From Candidatus Saccharimonadota bacterium (GTDB lineage: Bacteria; Patescibacteriota; Saccharimonadia; Saccharimonadales; SZUA-47), in contig CP065013.1 in NCBI GenBank assembly GCA_016700315.1, forward strand, positions 917,298-981,297: a stretch of DNA of 64,000 bases. The letters are read 5' to 3'. Positions within the stretch are counted from its first letter, which is position 1. Every line of letters starts with the position of its first letter. Positions 36,639-45,827 of the stretch are shown piece by piece. Under the pieces are notes generated by a model, which had not been told where the DNA came from, did no database searches, and saw only the letters and a program-made list of their open reading frames with translations. The position numbers and the translations under genes were made by a program.

Positions 36639-36667
36639 CTGTTTACTGTTTACTGTTTACTGTTTAG
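36638..36667. repeat. period-7 array (CTGTTTA x4) between recR and the DHH gene
   Basis: ACTGTTTACTGTTTACTGTTTACTGTTTAG immediately after the recR stop. Confidence 0.9.
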
Positions 36668-36675
36668 AATTAGAG

Positions 36676-37665
36676 ATGATGAATAATTACAAAAAAATTA
36701 TTAGCCTAGTCGTCAGTGCAAAAAACATCTGTATTATTCAGGCTGATAACCCCGACGGCGACAGTCTGGCTTCTAGCTTGGCTTTAGAAGCGATTTTCAG
36801 CGATCTTGGCAAGCGAGTGTCGATGGTCTGCGGTATCGACATGCCAGCCCATTTAAAATACCTAAGCGGTTGGGACAGAGTAGCAAAAGATGCTCCAAGA
36901 GAGACAGATTTGGTTGTGATCGTCGATGCCAATACCGAAACTATGTTTGAATCGCTCGACAAAAACGGCCAGATGGCCTGGCTAAAAACCAAACCAACTA
37001 TAGTTATCGACCACCATACTGAAGCGGGCGGTATAAGCTGGGCCAGCGAGACTCTTAGCGAAGAAACGGTGGCTACGGGTGCAATTATTTACCGTATTGC
37101 CAAAGAGGCCGGGTGGCCACTGCCTGTAGACGCCTGTGAGATGCTCACTGTTTCTATTCTGAGTGATTCGCTGGGGTTTACCAGTGAGGCAACTTCTGCT
37201 GATGATTTAAGGATAGTAGCTGATTTAGTCGACCGCGGAGTCGACCTAGCTAAGCTAGATACAGCTCGCCGCGAACTAAACAAACGAGAGCCTGAATTAC
37301 TGAATTATAAAGGTGAGCTGCTGCAGCGAGTCGAGTTGCACGGCGGCGGCCAGATCGCTACTATTACTATCCCTTGGCCAGAGATCGAAAAGTATAGCAG
37401 TATATATAATCCAACTATGCTGGCGATCGATGACATGCGTATGACGGTTGGTGTAAGAGTCTGCATAGGCTTCAAAACCTATCCCGACGGACGAATAACC
37501 GCCAAAATCCGATCAAACCCAGGTGGACACATTGCCGACAAACTAGCTGCCCATTTTGGAGGTGGAGGTCACCCATATGCAGCCGGTTTCAAGGTCACCG
37601 ATGGCCGTAAATTTGAAGAAATTAAGCAAGAGACAATCAGAAAGGCAGAGGAGCTACTATCATGA
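36676..37665 (+). CDS. DHH-family phosphoesterase (NrnA-like oligoribonuclease/pAp phosphatase)
   Basis: DNPDGDSLASSLAL, VIVDAN, VIDHH and the DHHA1 motif GGGGHPYAAGF. Confidence 0.85.
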   Translation: MMNNYKKIISLVVSAKNICIIQADNPDGDSLASSLALEAIFSDLGKRVSMVCGIDMPAHLKYLSGWDRVAKDAPRETDLVVIVDANTETMFESLDKNGQMAWLKTKPTIVIDHHTEAGGISWASETLSEETVATGAIIYRIAKEAGWPLPVDACEMLTVSILSDSLGFTSEATSADDLRIVADLVDRGVDLAKLDTARRELNKREPELLNYKGELLQRVELHGGGQIATITIPWPEIEKYSSIYNPTMLAIDDMRMTVGVRVCIGFKTYPDGRITAKIRSNPGGHIADKLAAHFGGGGHPYAAGFKVTDGRKFEEIKQETIRKAEELLS

Positions 37666-38282
37666 GCTTTGTAGATCTATCTGTTAAGCTTGACGAGTTT
37701 ACGCCAGTTTATCCCGGGGATCCAGAAACGTCTATTAAACCTGCCGGTGTACTTTCTAGAGACGGTTTTTGTGATCACCTAATTTCTGTTGGCACACATG
37801 TCGGGACACACATAGATGCTCCTATGCATATGTTGCAAAACGCTAAATCTATAGATTCATTTTCGCTAGACAAACTCATCGGAAAGGGTCAGGTAATTAA
37901 CATTTCAAGCTCTGACTACAGTGAGGTTTTAGCTTCAGATCTAGAGCAGGGTGGAATATTATTACTACATTCCGGCCGAATAAAAGACTACCATGATGCG
38001 ACGTACTTTACGGATTACCCGGTTATGAGTGAGCAGGTTATAGAATATATCATCAGCAAAAAACCAATGATGGTCGGCATCGATGCCTGTTCTTTCGACA
38101 AAGACGACAATTTTCCAGTTCACAAGAAACTACTTTCTAGTGAGATCCTTTTAATCGAAAACTTAGCCAACTTGGACAAACTTTTTCAAAAAGAATTTCG
38201 AGTTTATGCCATACCATTAAAGTTGACTGTAGATGCTTCGCCAGCTAGAGTTTTTGCAGAGGTTCATGATGAAGCTGTATAA
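37662..38282 (+). CDS. cyclase-family protein (kynurenine formamidase-like)
   Basis: YPGDP and the VGTHVGTHIDAPMH metal-binding motif. 206 aa. Confidence 0.8.
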   Translation: MSFVDLSVKLDEFTPVYPGDPETSIKPAGVLSRDGFCDHLISVGTHVGTHIDAPMHMLQNAKSIDSFSLDKLIGKGQVINISSSDYSEVLASDLEQGGILLLHSGRIKDYHDATYFTDYPVMSEQVIEYIISKKPMMVGIDACSFDKDDNFPVHKKLLSSEILLIENLANLDKLFQKEFRVYAIPLKLTVDASPARVFAEVHDEAV

Positions 38283-39633
38283 CACACTCACAAGAACCAT
38301 CGAAGTACTAAACCCGCTCAATAGCAATGAAGTCACAGTGTATACCTGTGGGCCTACCGTATACGGCCAACCCCACATTGGCAATTGGGTTGGTTATATC
38401 TACTGGGACGTACTACAGCGCACACTGCAAGCTGAAGGCTTAACTGTTAAGAGAGTGCAAAACTACACCGATGTTGGACACCTTGTTAGTGATGATGACA
38501 GCGGTGAAGACAAGATGGAAAAAGGTGCTCGAGCCGAAGGTATTACGGCATGGCAAGTAGCAGAGAAGTATATCGACATCGTAGAACACGAGGGCTATGA
38601 GCAACTCGAACTGATAAGACCAACTCTCATCCGTGCAACCTCGTGCATAGACGAGCAGATAGATTTCGTCAAAGAACTTGAAGCAAAAGAGTTTACTTAT
38701 ACCATAGAGAGTGAAGGAGTCTACTTTGACTCCTCCAAGCTTAAAGACTATGGTAAGCTTGCGCGGCTCGATATCAAAGGGCTCAAGCAAGGCGCCAGAG
38801 TAGAGGTAGCCGGCAAGCGTAATCCAACAGACTTTGCGTTATGGAAATTTAGCCCAAAAGATGCCAAGCGTGACATGGAGTGGGACAGCCCATGGGGCAA
38901 AGGATTCCCAGGATGGCATCTTGAATGTTCTGTAATCGCTAGAGAGAACCTGGGTGACCAGATCGATATCCACTGTGGCGGGGTTGACCACATAGCCGTG
39001 CATCATACCAACGAAATCGCTCAGACAGAAAGCGTCACAGGCAAACAATTTGCGCAGATATGGGTACACAACAACCATCTCAAAGTAGATGGCGGCAAGA
39101 TGTCCAAATCTCTTGGAAATATTTATACACTTCAAGACATTCTAGACAAAGGGTATAGTCTAGATGCTTTCAAACTCATGATTCTAGGAAAGCATTACCG
39201 AACAGAAGGCAATTTTACTTGGGAGATTCTAGAGGCCGCGCAGAACCGCCTAAATAACTGGCGGGCTATGGCTGATCGGATCTGGCAATTACCGCCTCAA
39301 AACGACGACGACAGCAACGCCGCTATTATTGAGTCACTGCAAAATGATCTAAACAGTCCTGAAGCTTTATCATTAATCGAACAAGCTTTTGATCTGTGCG
39401 AGAAAGAATCACGCGCTCCTAGTCGAGAACTAATTGAGTTGATCACAAACACACTAGGCATCAAACTACTTGGCGACGACATCAGCCCCGATCAAAAAGC
39501 CCTCATGGGGGAAAGGCAAAAAGCCCGCACATCTAGCGACTGGAGTAAGTCTGACAAAATAAGAGATAGTCTAAAAGAGCAGGGGGTTGAGCTAAATGAC
39601 ACCAAGGAAGGAACGCTGTGGTTTCGAGTATAG
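38266..39633 (+). CDS. cysS: cysteine--tRNA ligase
   Basis: MKLYNTLTR, class-I HIGH variant PHIGNWVGY, the WHLEC zinc site and KMSKS (KMSKSLGN). Start moved to the internal ATG-ATG at 38266 that overlaps the upstream gene end. Confidence 0.9.
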   Translation: MMKLYNTLTRTIEVLNPLNSNEVTVYTCGPTVYGQPHIGNWVGYIYWDVLQRTLQAEGLTVKRVQNYTDVGHLVSDDDSGEDKMEKGARAEGITAWQVAEKYIDIVEHEGYEQLELIRPTLIRATSCIDEQIDFVKELEAKEFTYTIESEGVYFDSSKLKDYGKLARLDIKGLKQGARVEVAGKRNPTDFALWKFSPKDAKRDMEWDSPWGKGFPGWHLECSVIARENLGDQIDIHCGGVDHIAVHHTNEIAQTESVTGKQFAQIWVHNNHLKVDGGKMSKSLGNIYTLQDILDKGYSLDAFKLMILGKHYRTEGNFTWEILEAAQNRLNNWRAMADRIWQLPPQNDDDSNAAIIESLQNDLNSPEALSLIEQAFDLCEKESRAPSRELIELITNTLGIKLLGDDISPDQKALMGERQKARTSSDWSKSDKIRDSLKEQGVELNDTKEGTLWFRV

Positions 39634-40589
39634 AAGAACCCCGTCAAATTAAGACAGACGAGCACACAATAAAGTCGGGCTGGTTAGAAGTCGGTCATGG
39701 CCATAAAGTGTGGTATGAGCAGTGGGGCAACAAAGATGCAAGCGTTCCAGTTCTCTATTTTCACGGAGGTCCCGGCGGCGGTTATAAGCCATCTCACAAA
39801 TACAATCTAGACCCAAAGAAACACCAGGCTATCATCTTCGACCAACGAGGTTGTGGCAATTCGCTACCTTACGGCCGCACTGATCATAATCGTACCGAAG
39901 ATCTAATTAATGATGCGCTTATGATACTCGACGAGTTGGGAGTAAAAAAAGTTCACATTCAAGGTGGCTCATGGGGTTCAACGCTAGCACTTCTTTTTGC
40001 CATAAAGCACCCAGAAAAGTGCCAGGACTTAGTTATCCGTGGAGTTTTTACGGGTACCCAATCCGAAATTAACTGGATAGATAAAGGCTTATTCATCAAC
40101 CATTATCCAGAAGTCTGGGAGCGCTTTTTGGGAACCGTACCTGCTGAAAACCGAAGCAAGCCGGCGGAATATCATTATGAGATTTTAAATGGCAGCGACC
40201 CCGAAAACTTTCAGACTTCTGCAAAAGCTTTGTCTGAGCTTGAAGGTCCGCTACTAGCCTTCGATTGGCCGGGTTTCAATGACATACAGCTAGACAATAA
40301 ACCAAATGATATGCCCGAAGAATTTGACTTTGTGCCTTACAAAATATTTGCCTGGTACCTAAGCCACTCATGTTTTTTGAGTGAGAGCTACATCTTAAAA
40401 AACGCCAGCAAAATAAACTGCCCGCTCTTCATAATACAAGGAAGATACGACATGTGCTGCCCGCCAATAACGGCATATAAGATTCACAAACTAGTAAAAA
40501 ATAGTAAGCTGTTCATGACGCTTGCTTCTCATAGTAACGACCCCGAAACTAGGTCTGTAAACCAGGCACTAATTCAAACAATCTATTGA
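39618..40589 (+). CDS. pip: prolyl aminopeptidase (proline iminopeptidase), alpha/beta hydrolase
   Basis: FHGGPGGG, FDQRGCGNS and the nucleophile elbow GGSWGSTLA. GTG start after AAGGAAGG. Confidence 0.85.
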   Translation: MVSSIEEPRQIKTDEHTIKSGWLEVGHGHKVWYEQWGNKDASVPVLYFHGGPGGGYKPSHKYNLDPKKHQAIIFDQRGCGNSLPYGRTDHNRTEDLINDALMILDELGVKKVHIQGGSWGSTLALLFAIKHPEKCQDLVIRGVFTGTQSEINWIDKGLFINHYPEVWERFLGTVPAENRSKPAEYHYEILNGSDPENFQTSAKALSELEGPLLAFDWPGFNDIQLDNKPNDMPEEFDFVPYKIFAWYLSHSCFLSESYILKNASKINCPLFIIQGRYDMCCPPITAYKIHKLVKNSKLFMTLASHSNDPETRSVNQALIQTIY

Positions 40590-41686
40590 TCTTTTTTTTC
40601 GACTATCGATGAAGCGTTATACTCGCCGTCATCTAGCCAATCTTCTAATAGAATTTTGCCACAACCAGCAAGCGGTATTGCGACCAAACCGCCCAAGATG
40701 CCGCCAAAACCAAGACCTAAAAGCGCAGCAATAAAAATAGTCAGGGGTGTTAGCTCGTTCGTTTTAGACTGTACATAAGGCTGAATCGTGGCGTTTTCAA
40801 TCTGCTGGTAGACTACATAGTAAATTAGCATAATTATGGCCAACGTCGGCGAGCTAAACAGCGAAACTAGTGTGATTACTAGGGCGTTGATGTAACTGCC
40901 AATCGTAGGGATTAATCCAAAAACAAATACAAGCGCCGCCAAAGCCAGAGCATTAACATCAGCCTTTATGACTGTGCTGGCGATCGTCAGCATAATAAAC
41001 GAGAAGAAAGCACCAAGTAGCGCGACAATAACCTGGCCGGTGACATATCCCCGAACAACGTTATACATCCGTAAAATGAGCTTTGCTAAGCGCTCACCAC
41101 GCTGTTTCGGGAACTGCGCGATAAACCATTTGAATACAGAAGGTCCTTCAACTAACATCATAAATGTTAAAATCAACACTGTAATTATGGATATAACATT
41201 ACCTAAAACCCGATTAGCGAAACTAATAGCAGTAGTACCAACGTTGGTAAAGTTGAAATTGTTTGCGAAATCTTTGGCGTAATTGTTTAGCTGATCGCCA
41301 AGATGATAGCGCCTGACCAGGTCACCAGCCCAGCCGCTTTGATCTTCTAGCCCACGGATGTGGCCTGGTACGTTTCGTAAGAATTCGACCGTCTGCGAAA
41401 TAAATGGCGGCAACACTAGTGCAAAGAAAGCCCCGAGAACTAGTAACACAATCAAGTAGGCGAGGGCGGTCGCAGCTCCACGTTTCTTAATTTTTAGGCG
41501 CTTTTTCACTAGGTTAACAAAAGGATTCAAGGCCATGGCCAAAAAAGCCGAAACAAAGATCATCGTCAGCGGATGAACTACTTGACTAATAAACTTGAAT
41601 ATAAAGAATGTGCCGATTATGAACAGCACAATCCGTACCAGTGTTTTGTTCGAGATAGTTACATGTGTCTCTTGGTAGTGCTTCAT
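40583..41686 (-). CDS. AI-2E family transporter (PerM/YdiK-like)
   Basis: 367 aa with eight TM helices. VPGHIRG and IPTIGSYI motifs, and C-terminal GGILGGLVAIPLAG, are typical of the family. Confidence 0.8.
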   Translation of the reverse strand: MKHYQETHVTISNKTLVRIVLFIIGTFFIFKFISQVVHPLTMIFVSAFLAMALNPFVNLVKKRLKIKKRGAATALAYLIVLLVLGAFFALVLPPFISQTVEFLRNVPGHIRGLEDQSGWAGDLVRRYHLGDQLNNYAKDFANNFNFTNVGTTAISFANRVLGNVISIITVLILTFMMLVEGPSVFKWFIAQFPKQRGERLAKLILRMYNVVRGYVTGQVIVALLGAFFSFIMLTIASTVIKADVNALALAALVFVFGLIPTIGSYINALVITLVSLFSSPTLAIIMLIYYVVYQQIENATIQPYVQSKTNELTPLTIFIAALLGLGFGGILGGLVAIPLAGCGKILLEDWLDDGEYNASSIVEKKDQ

Positions 41687-42849
41687 CTAGCTTTATTATG
41701 CCTTAATGATCTTTTTTGCACAAGCTGAGAATACTGTTCTATTAGCTCTTTGCCGATCACGCTCACATCGTACTGAAGAACATCTTTTTGCTGTTTATTG
41801 TGCAGTTTTTTTAATAGCTCGTGATCGCTAAGTAGGGTTTTAAGGCACTCGGCAAACTGCGTAGTATCCTTAGGATTAAAAACAACTGGTAGCTCATCAC
41901 CTAAAACAGTTTTGTAGCCGTCATTATTGCCGCCAATTACCACACTAGCGCCAGCAGCCATCGCTTCTACGAGCACAATGCCGAAGCTTTCACCTCCAGT
42001 AGAAGGGAAGGCGGCTATTTTGGCCGTAGCGAGAAAACTAGGTTTTTCGGCGTCAGATACAAACCCAAGAAATTGGATTTTGACGTCTTTGTGGATTTTG
42101 GCAATTGAGTCGGCTTGTTTTTTTAATTTTTGAAGATCAGGGCCCTTGCCGCCAATTATTAACTCTGTCTTCTTGGCCATACTTCGGTCATTATCCAAAA
42201 TCTTGGCGTAAGCTGCTATGAGATACGCCGGACCTTTGCGCTCGACTAATCTGCCTAAATAGACGATTCTAGCACGCTCCTCTTGAACTGGTTTTGGGGT
42301 TTTGTAATTTGTTAGATTTACAGCATTCGGGATGACAATTGACTTAATGCCAAAGTGCGAGCGGGCAAAAGTTTGCGCTGCACTGCTGACGCTAAAAACG
42401 CGGTCGAAACGCTTTTTTGTAGAGCCAACCAAACGGCTCAGAGCCCTGGTACCAAGTTTTTCTTTTAGCGAATACGGCAAAATATGGAACGTACCAACTA
42501 ACACCGTTTTTTGCTTCATGCTCTTTATGACCCTACCAGCCAAATATGGGCTGTAAGGCATCTGCACATGCAGAACGTCAAAATCTATTTGGCCTAGAAG
42601 CTGCTTGATGGCTTTTTTATTGGCGGGCAAGGGGATGCTCATGCGGTTTTTATTGAATCGTACACTTTTGGTTTTACTTAGGTGGTGCACCCGGGTATCA
42701 CCGCTATAGCCAGGACTGTTGCCGACTAAATAATGAACCTCGTGTCCTTGCTTGCTCATCCAACCGCCAACAGTCGTGACATAGGCCTGGACACCATCTG
42801 GCTTGTCAAGCCTATCGTCTAGCACAAAACCAATTTTCAGTTTTTTCAT
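41683..42849 (-). CDS. glycosyltransferase family 4 (GT-B, Glycos_transf_1)
   Basis: GGVQAY N-terminal motif and the C-terminal E-x7-E region FPSTGGESFGIVLVEAMAAG. Confidence 0.85.
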   Translation of the reverse strand: MKKLKIGFVLDDRLDKPDGVQAYVTTVGGWMSKQGHEVHYLVGNSPGYSGDTRVHHLSKTKSVRFNKNRMSIPLPANKKAIKQLLGQIDFDVLHVQMPYSPYLAGRVIKSMKQKTVLVGTFHILPYSLKEKLGTRALSRLVGSTKKRFDRVFSVSSAAQTFARSHFGIKSIVIPNAVNLTNYKTPKPVQEERARIVYLGRLVERKGPAYLIAAYAKILDNDRSMAKKTELIIGGKGPDLQKLKKQADSIAKIHKDVKIQFLGFVSDAEKPSFLATAKIAAFPSTGGESFGIVLVEAMAAGASVVIGGNNDGYKTVLGDELPVVFNPKDTTQFAECLKTLLSDHELLKKLHNKQQKDVLQYDVSVIGKELIEQYSQLVQKRSLRHNKAR

Positions 42850-43952
42850 CTAACCAAAGAATTAAACAGCGCTTCATATTTGTCGACGACTCGCGGCCAA
42901 TCGTACTGCTTGACTGATTGTCTAGCCCACTGCCGCCACAAATTAGCAAGGGACTTATCCTGCATTAGTAGATTGAGTCGATTGGCAACCTCAACACTGT
43001 CATACGGATCCACCAGTGACAATTGTCCTCTGCCTGACAGAACCGAAGCATAACCCTCATTGTTACCAGCGACAGTTGGCGCTCCCATTGCCATAGCCTC
43101 AACTAGAACTATGCCGAAGCTCTCACCATATAACGCTAACGACACAAATACACCGCACTTCGACATTAGCCGTCGCTTTTCGGCCGCACTCACAAAGCCA
43201 TGAAAGGTCACAGCTCCACTTAGGCCTAATTCGATAACTCTGGCCTGAAGTTTTTTCCACAAGGGACCGCCGCCAACGATATCTAGGTTAGCCTTTGGAT
43301 TAATCTGCCGTAGTACATAAAAAGCGTCTAATAACTGATAAACACCTTTACGTTTTTCTAGCCGCCCGACATATAAAACATTATTTTCGTCGCGAGCCAC
43401 TTTGAGGGGCTTATAGGTTTTTAGATCGACACCATTAGGTATAATCTGCGGACTATTCATACTGTCTTGGAGTAGCATCATGGCTGCTCTGGACACAATC
43501 GTAATCGCCGTCAACTGCTTAGTTATTGTTCTGGTATACGGCATTGCCGATGTGATCAGCGAGCGACCCATAGCGTTCTCTGGTCGCGCAGCGTGGTATG
43601 TCCCAACGACGGGGCAGGTGGCTTCGGCGATAACTTGGCGCGCCATAAAAGGCACAACCGGTTCATGTACGTGAACTAAATCAGGCTGGAAAGTCTCATA
43701 GAATTCGTCTATTGAACTGTTGTCGATTGCGGCCGAAACATCGGAGCTAGTCGAGCCGGGTGTAGGTATGCGCGCAGACTGACCAATGTAGTATATGCCT
43801 TTGTCGGCTGGGGTTTTTCGTCTTCTCGGCTTAGGTGTAACAACCACTACCTTGTGGCCCCGCTTGCGCAATTCTATAGCTTCCGCCATGACATGTTCCT
43901 GCACCCCACCGTGAATCTCTAGGTTATAAGGACAAACTATTGCTATCTTCAT
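42846..43952 (-). CDS. glycosyltransferase family 4 (GT-B, Glycos_transf_1)
   Basis: HGGVQEHV N-terminal motif and YGESFGIVLVEAMAMGAP. It is a paralogue of the downstream gene, and the two overlap by 4 nt. Confidence 0.85.
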   Translation of the reverse strand: MKIAIVCPYNLEIHGGVQEHVMAEAIELRKRGHKVVVVTPKPRRRKTPADKGIYYIGQSARIPTPGSTSSDVSAAIDNSSIDEFYETFQPDLVHVHEPVVPFMARQVIAEATCPVVGTYHAARPENAMGRSLITSAMPYTRTITKQLTAITIVSRAAMMLLQDSMNSPQIIPNGVDLKTYKPLKVARDENNVLYVGRLEKRKGVYQLLDAFYVLRQINPKANLDIVGGGPLWKKLQARVIELGLSGAVTFHGFVSAAEKRRLMSKCGVFVSLALYGESFGIVLVEAMAMGAPTVAGNNEGYASVLSGRGQLSLVDPYDSVEVANRLNLLMQDKSLANLWRQWARQSVKQYDWPRVVDKYEALFNSLVR

Positions 43953-44881
43953 TTTGGAGTCTTATTGATTTCTCTTTGAAGTATAGCAGGAATAAATTTC
44001 ATAGCCTCATCTTTAGTGGCTAGGATTGTTGGGGCATGATTGTCAGCTTCGGCGTAAGCGACCTTTACATCATCATAAATAATTTTTAGATGTTGCTCCA
44101 CCACCTTATTATCAAAATATCTATCGCCGTCGATTGCAATATGCCACACCTTTGCGCGAACTGGAGGAGCAAGCTGGTCTAAATTTAGAAACTCGCGAGC
44201 CGTGTTTAAATAAGTCCTGGCTTCATTATTACGCCAAAGCTCTACCTCTAGTTCGAGATACCTTTTCTTCTCCAACTCACTTATTCCGCTAAACTTCTGT
44301 CTGGCATTGGGAGCTTTACTGTATGCTGCTCGGATTAATGATGGATGAAGTACTACATTCTTATAGAACTTTGCTGGGTATTTCCGACCCAATAGACTGG
44401 ACATTGTTCTGTAGAAAACCATGTTTCGCTTCGACAAAATAAAATCATCTTTGTGAGAAAATCCTGCGAAACTAACTAGCATATTCACTCGATCTACTAA
44501 CTCCGGATAGCGCTGGAGCATTCTTGTAACTACCACAAAGCCGAGGGACATTCCAAGAATGGTCACTTTCTTGCGACTATATTTGAGTTTAACGAAAGCC
44601 GCCAAATAGTCGGCAAAGTTATCAATTGTCGGCTCCATGCCAATCTTATAAAACGAATCCATCCCGCCGAAACCCGGCAAATCTGGTACGGTTACTCTCC
44701 CGTATTGGTTTAGTGCCTCTGCCACGCCATACCACCGCTCGATTGACGAATGATGACCGTAAATGAACATTATTTCTCGTTTTTTATTCTTTGGAGCAGG
44801 GATCTGTAACACTCTGCCTGTTAGGCCATTGATTTCAAGGGGTTGTATGAACGGATTTTTGTTGATTATTCTTTTTGCCAT
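43949..44881 (-). CDS. alpha/beta-fold hydrolase
   Basis: HG-type oxyanion region IYGHHSS, nucleophile elbow GMSLG, and a C-terminal His (DNHAP). First gene of the four-gene reverse-strand operon. Confidence 0.65.
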   Translation of the reverse strand: MAKRIINKNPFIQPLEINGLTGRVLQIPAPKNKKREIMFIYGHHSSIERWYGVAEALNQYGRVTVPDLPGFGGMDSFYKIGMEPTIDNFADYLAAFVKLKYSRKKVTILGMSLGFVVVTRMLQRYPELVDRVNMLVSFAGFSHKDDFILSKRNMVFYRTMSSLLGRKYPAKFYKNVVLHPSLIRAAYSKAPNARQKFSGISELEKKRYLELEVELWRNNEARTYLNTAREFLNLDQLAPPVRAKVWHIAIDGDRYFDNKVVEQHLKIIYDDVKVAYAEADNHAPTILATKDEAMKFIPAILQREINKTPK

Positions 44882-45010
44882 ATAGATATAAGCTAACAGA
44901 TATAGCGCTCAGCCGCAACCAACTTAACAGAAATAGCTTGGACCCACTGTCTAGACAGTAGTTTGGATAGGCAAAATTTTAGTCTTGTTTGATGTTTATC
45001 AAAGCTACCT

Positions 45011-45826
45011 TTAGTGTCGTTGGAACCAGCCACGTTTTCGTAAGGGCTGGGTCGCCCCTTGCGCATCCATTAGTTCTGGTATTTTAGCTGCAATTTCAGG
45101 CACTAGGTTAGGCAATACTGTAGCAAGACTAACTTCACAAGCTTTTTTGAAGTCAACTCCTGCTGCTTCGGTTTTAGCTTTAGCTTCCTTAAATCTTGCT
45201 AATACATCCGGTAAGTCCACCTCTGCTCGATACCGCCAAGGAAGATTACGCTTTTTATAATTATCTAAATCTACGACTACAGATTTAACCCTTCTAGTAC
45301 GATTATAGCCGTCATCCGCAGAAATTGTAGTGAGCAGTAGTTTTGAGTTTCCTAAGCTAAAATACACAGTTGGACTACGATAGTAATGTAGTCGCAAACT
45401 ATCATTGTCGATTCGAGGATTAATCATAGCTGATTCGGTGTAGTTGCCTATACTTTCCTCATTTCTAGTCCCAAAAATTACACAGTTATGTGTACCATCA
45501 ACTGAATTACAATTAATCAATACTTTGTTTATGATTTCATTGTCTTGGCCGGAAATCCCACCAAGTGGTTTGAGCCTCCTCCCATAGTATGCCTTTAATT
45601 CGCTATCGTCAGCCATCAGCAATACATCATTGCCTAACACGACATCTTCGGCGCTTATTCGATTTCTTAGTACAGTCATTAATCTTGCATATTCAGAGTG
45701 ATTGAAATATCTGCTATGGTCGTTGGGCAATAGGACTTTATCTACCGCAAGATTATTGCCGGGATTAATGAAGGGATACTTCCTTCTTAATTCTTCATCG
45801 GCTGAATCTAGCTCTGTGATGGGCAA
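45011..45826 (-). CDS. hypothetical 271-aa protein
   Basis: Open frame starting 1 nt after the stop of the upstream ORF. No TM, signal or family motif recognised. Confidence 0.5.
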   Translation of the reverse strand: MPITELDSADEELRRKYPFINPGNNLAVDKVLLPNDHSRYFNHSEYARLMTVLRNRISAEDVVLGNDVLLMADDSELKAYYGRRLKPLGGISGQDNEIINKVLINCNSVDGTHNCVIFGTRNEESIGNYTESAMINPRIDNDSLRLHYYRSPTVYFSLGNSKLLLTTISADDGYNRTRRVKSVVVDLDNYKKRNLPWRYRAEVDLPDVLARFKEAKAKTEAAGVDFKKACEVSLATVLPNLVPEIAAKIPELMDAQGATQPLRKRGWFQRH

Positions 45827-45827
45827 A

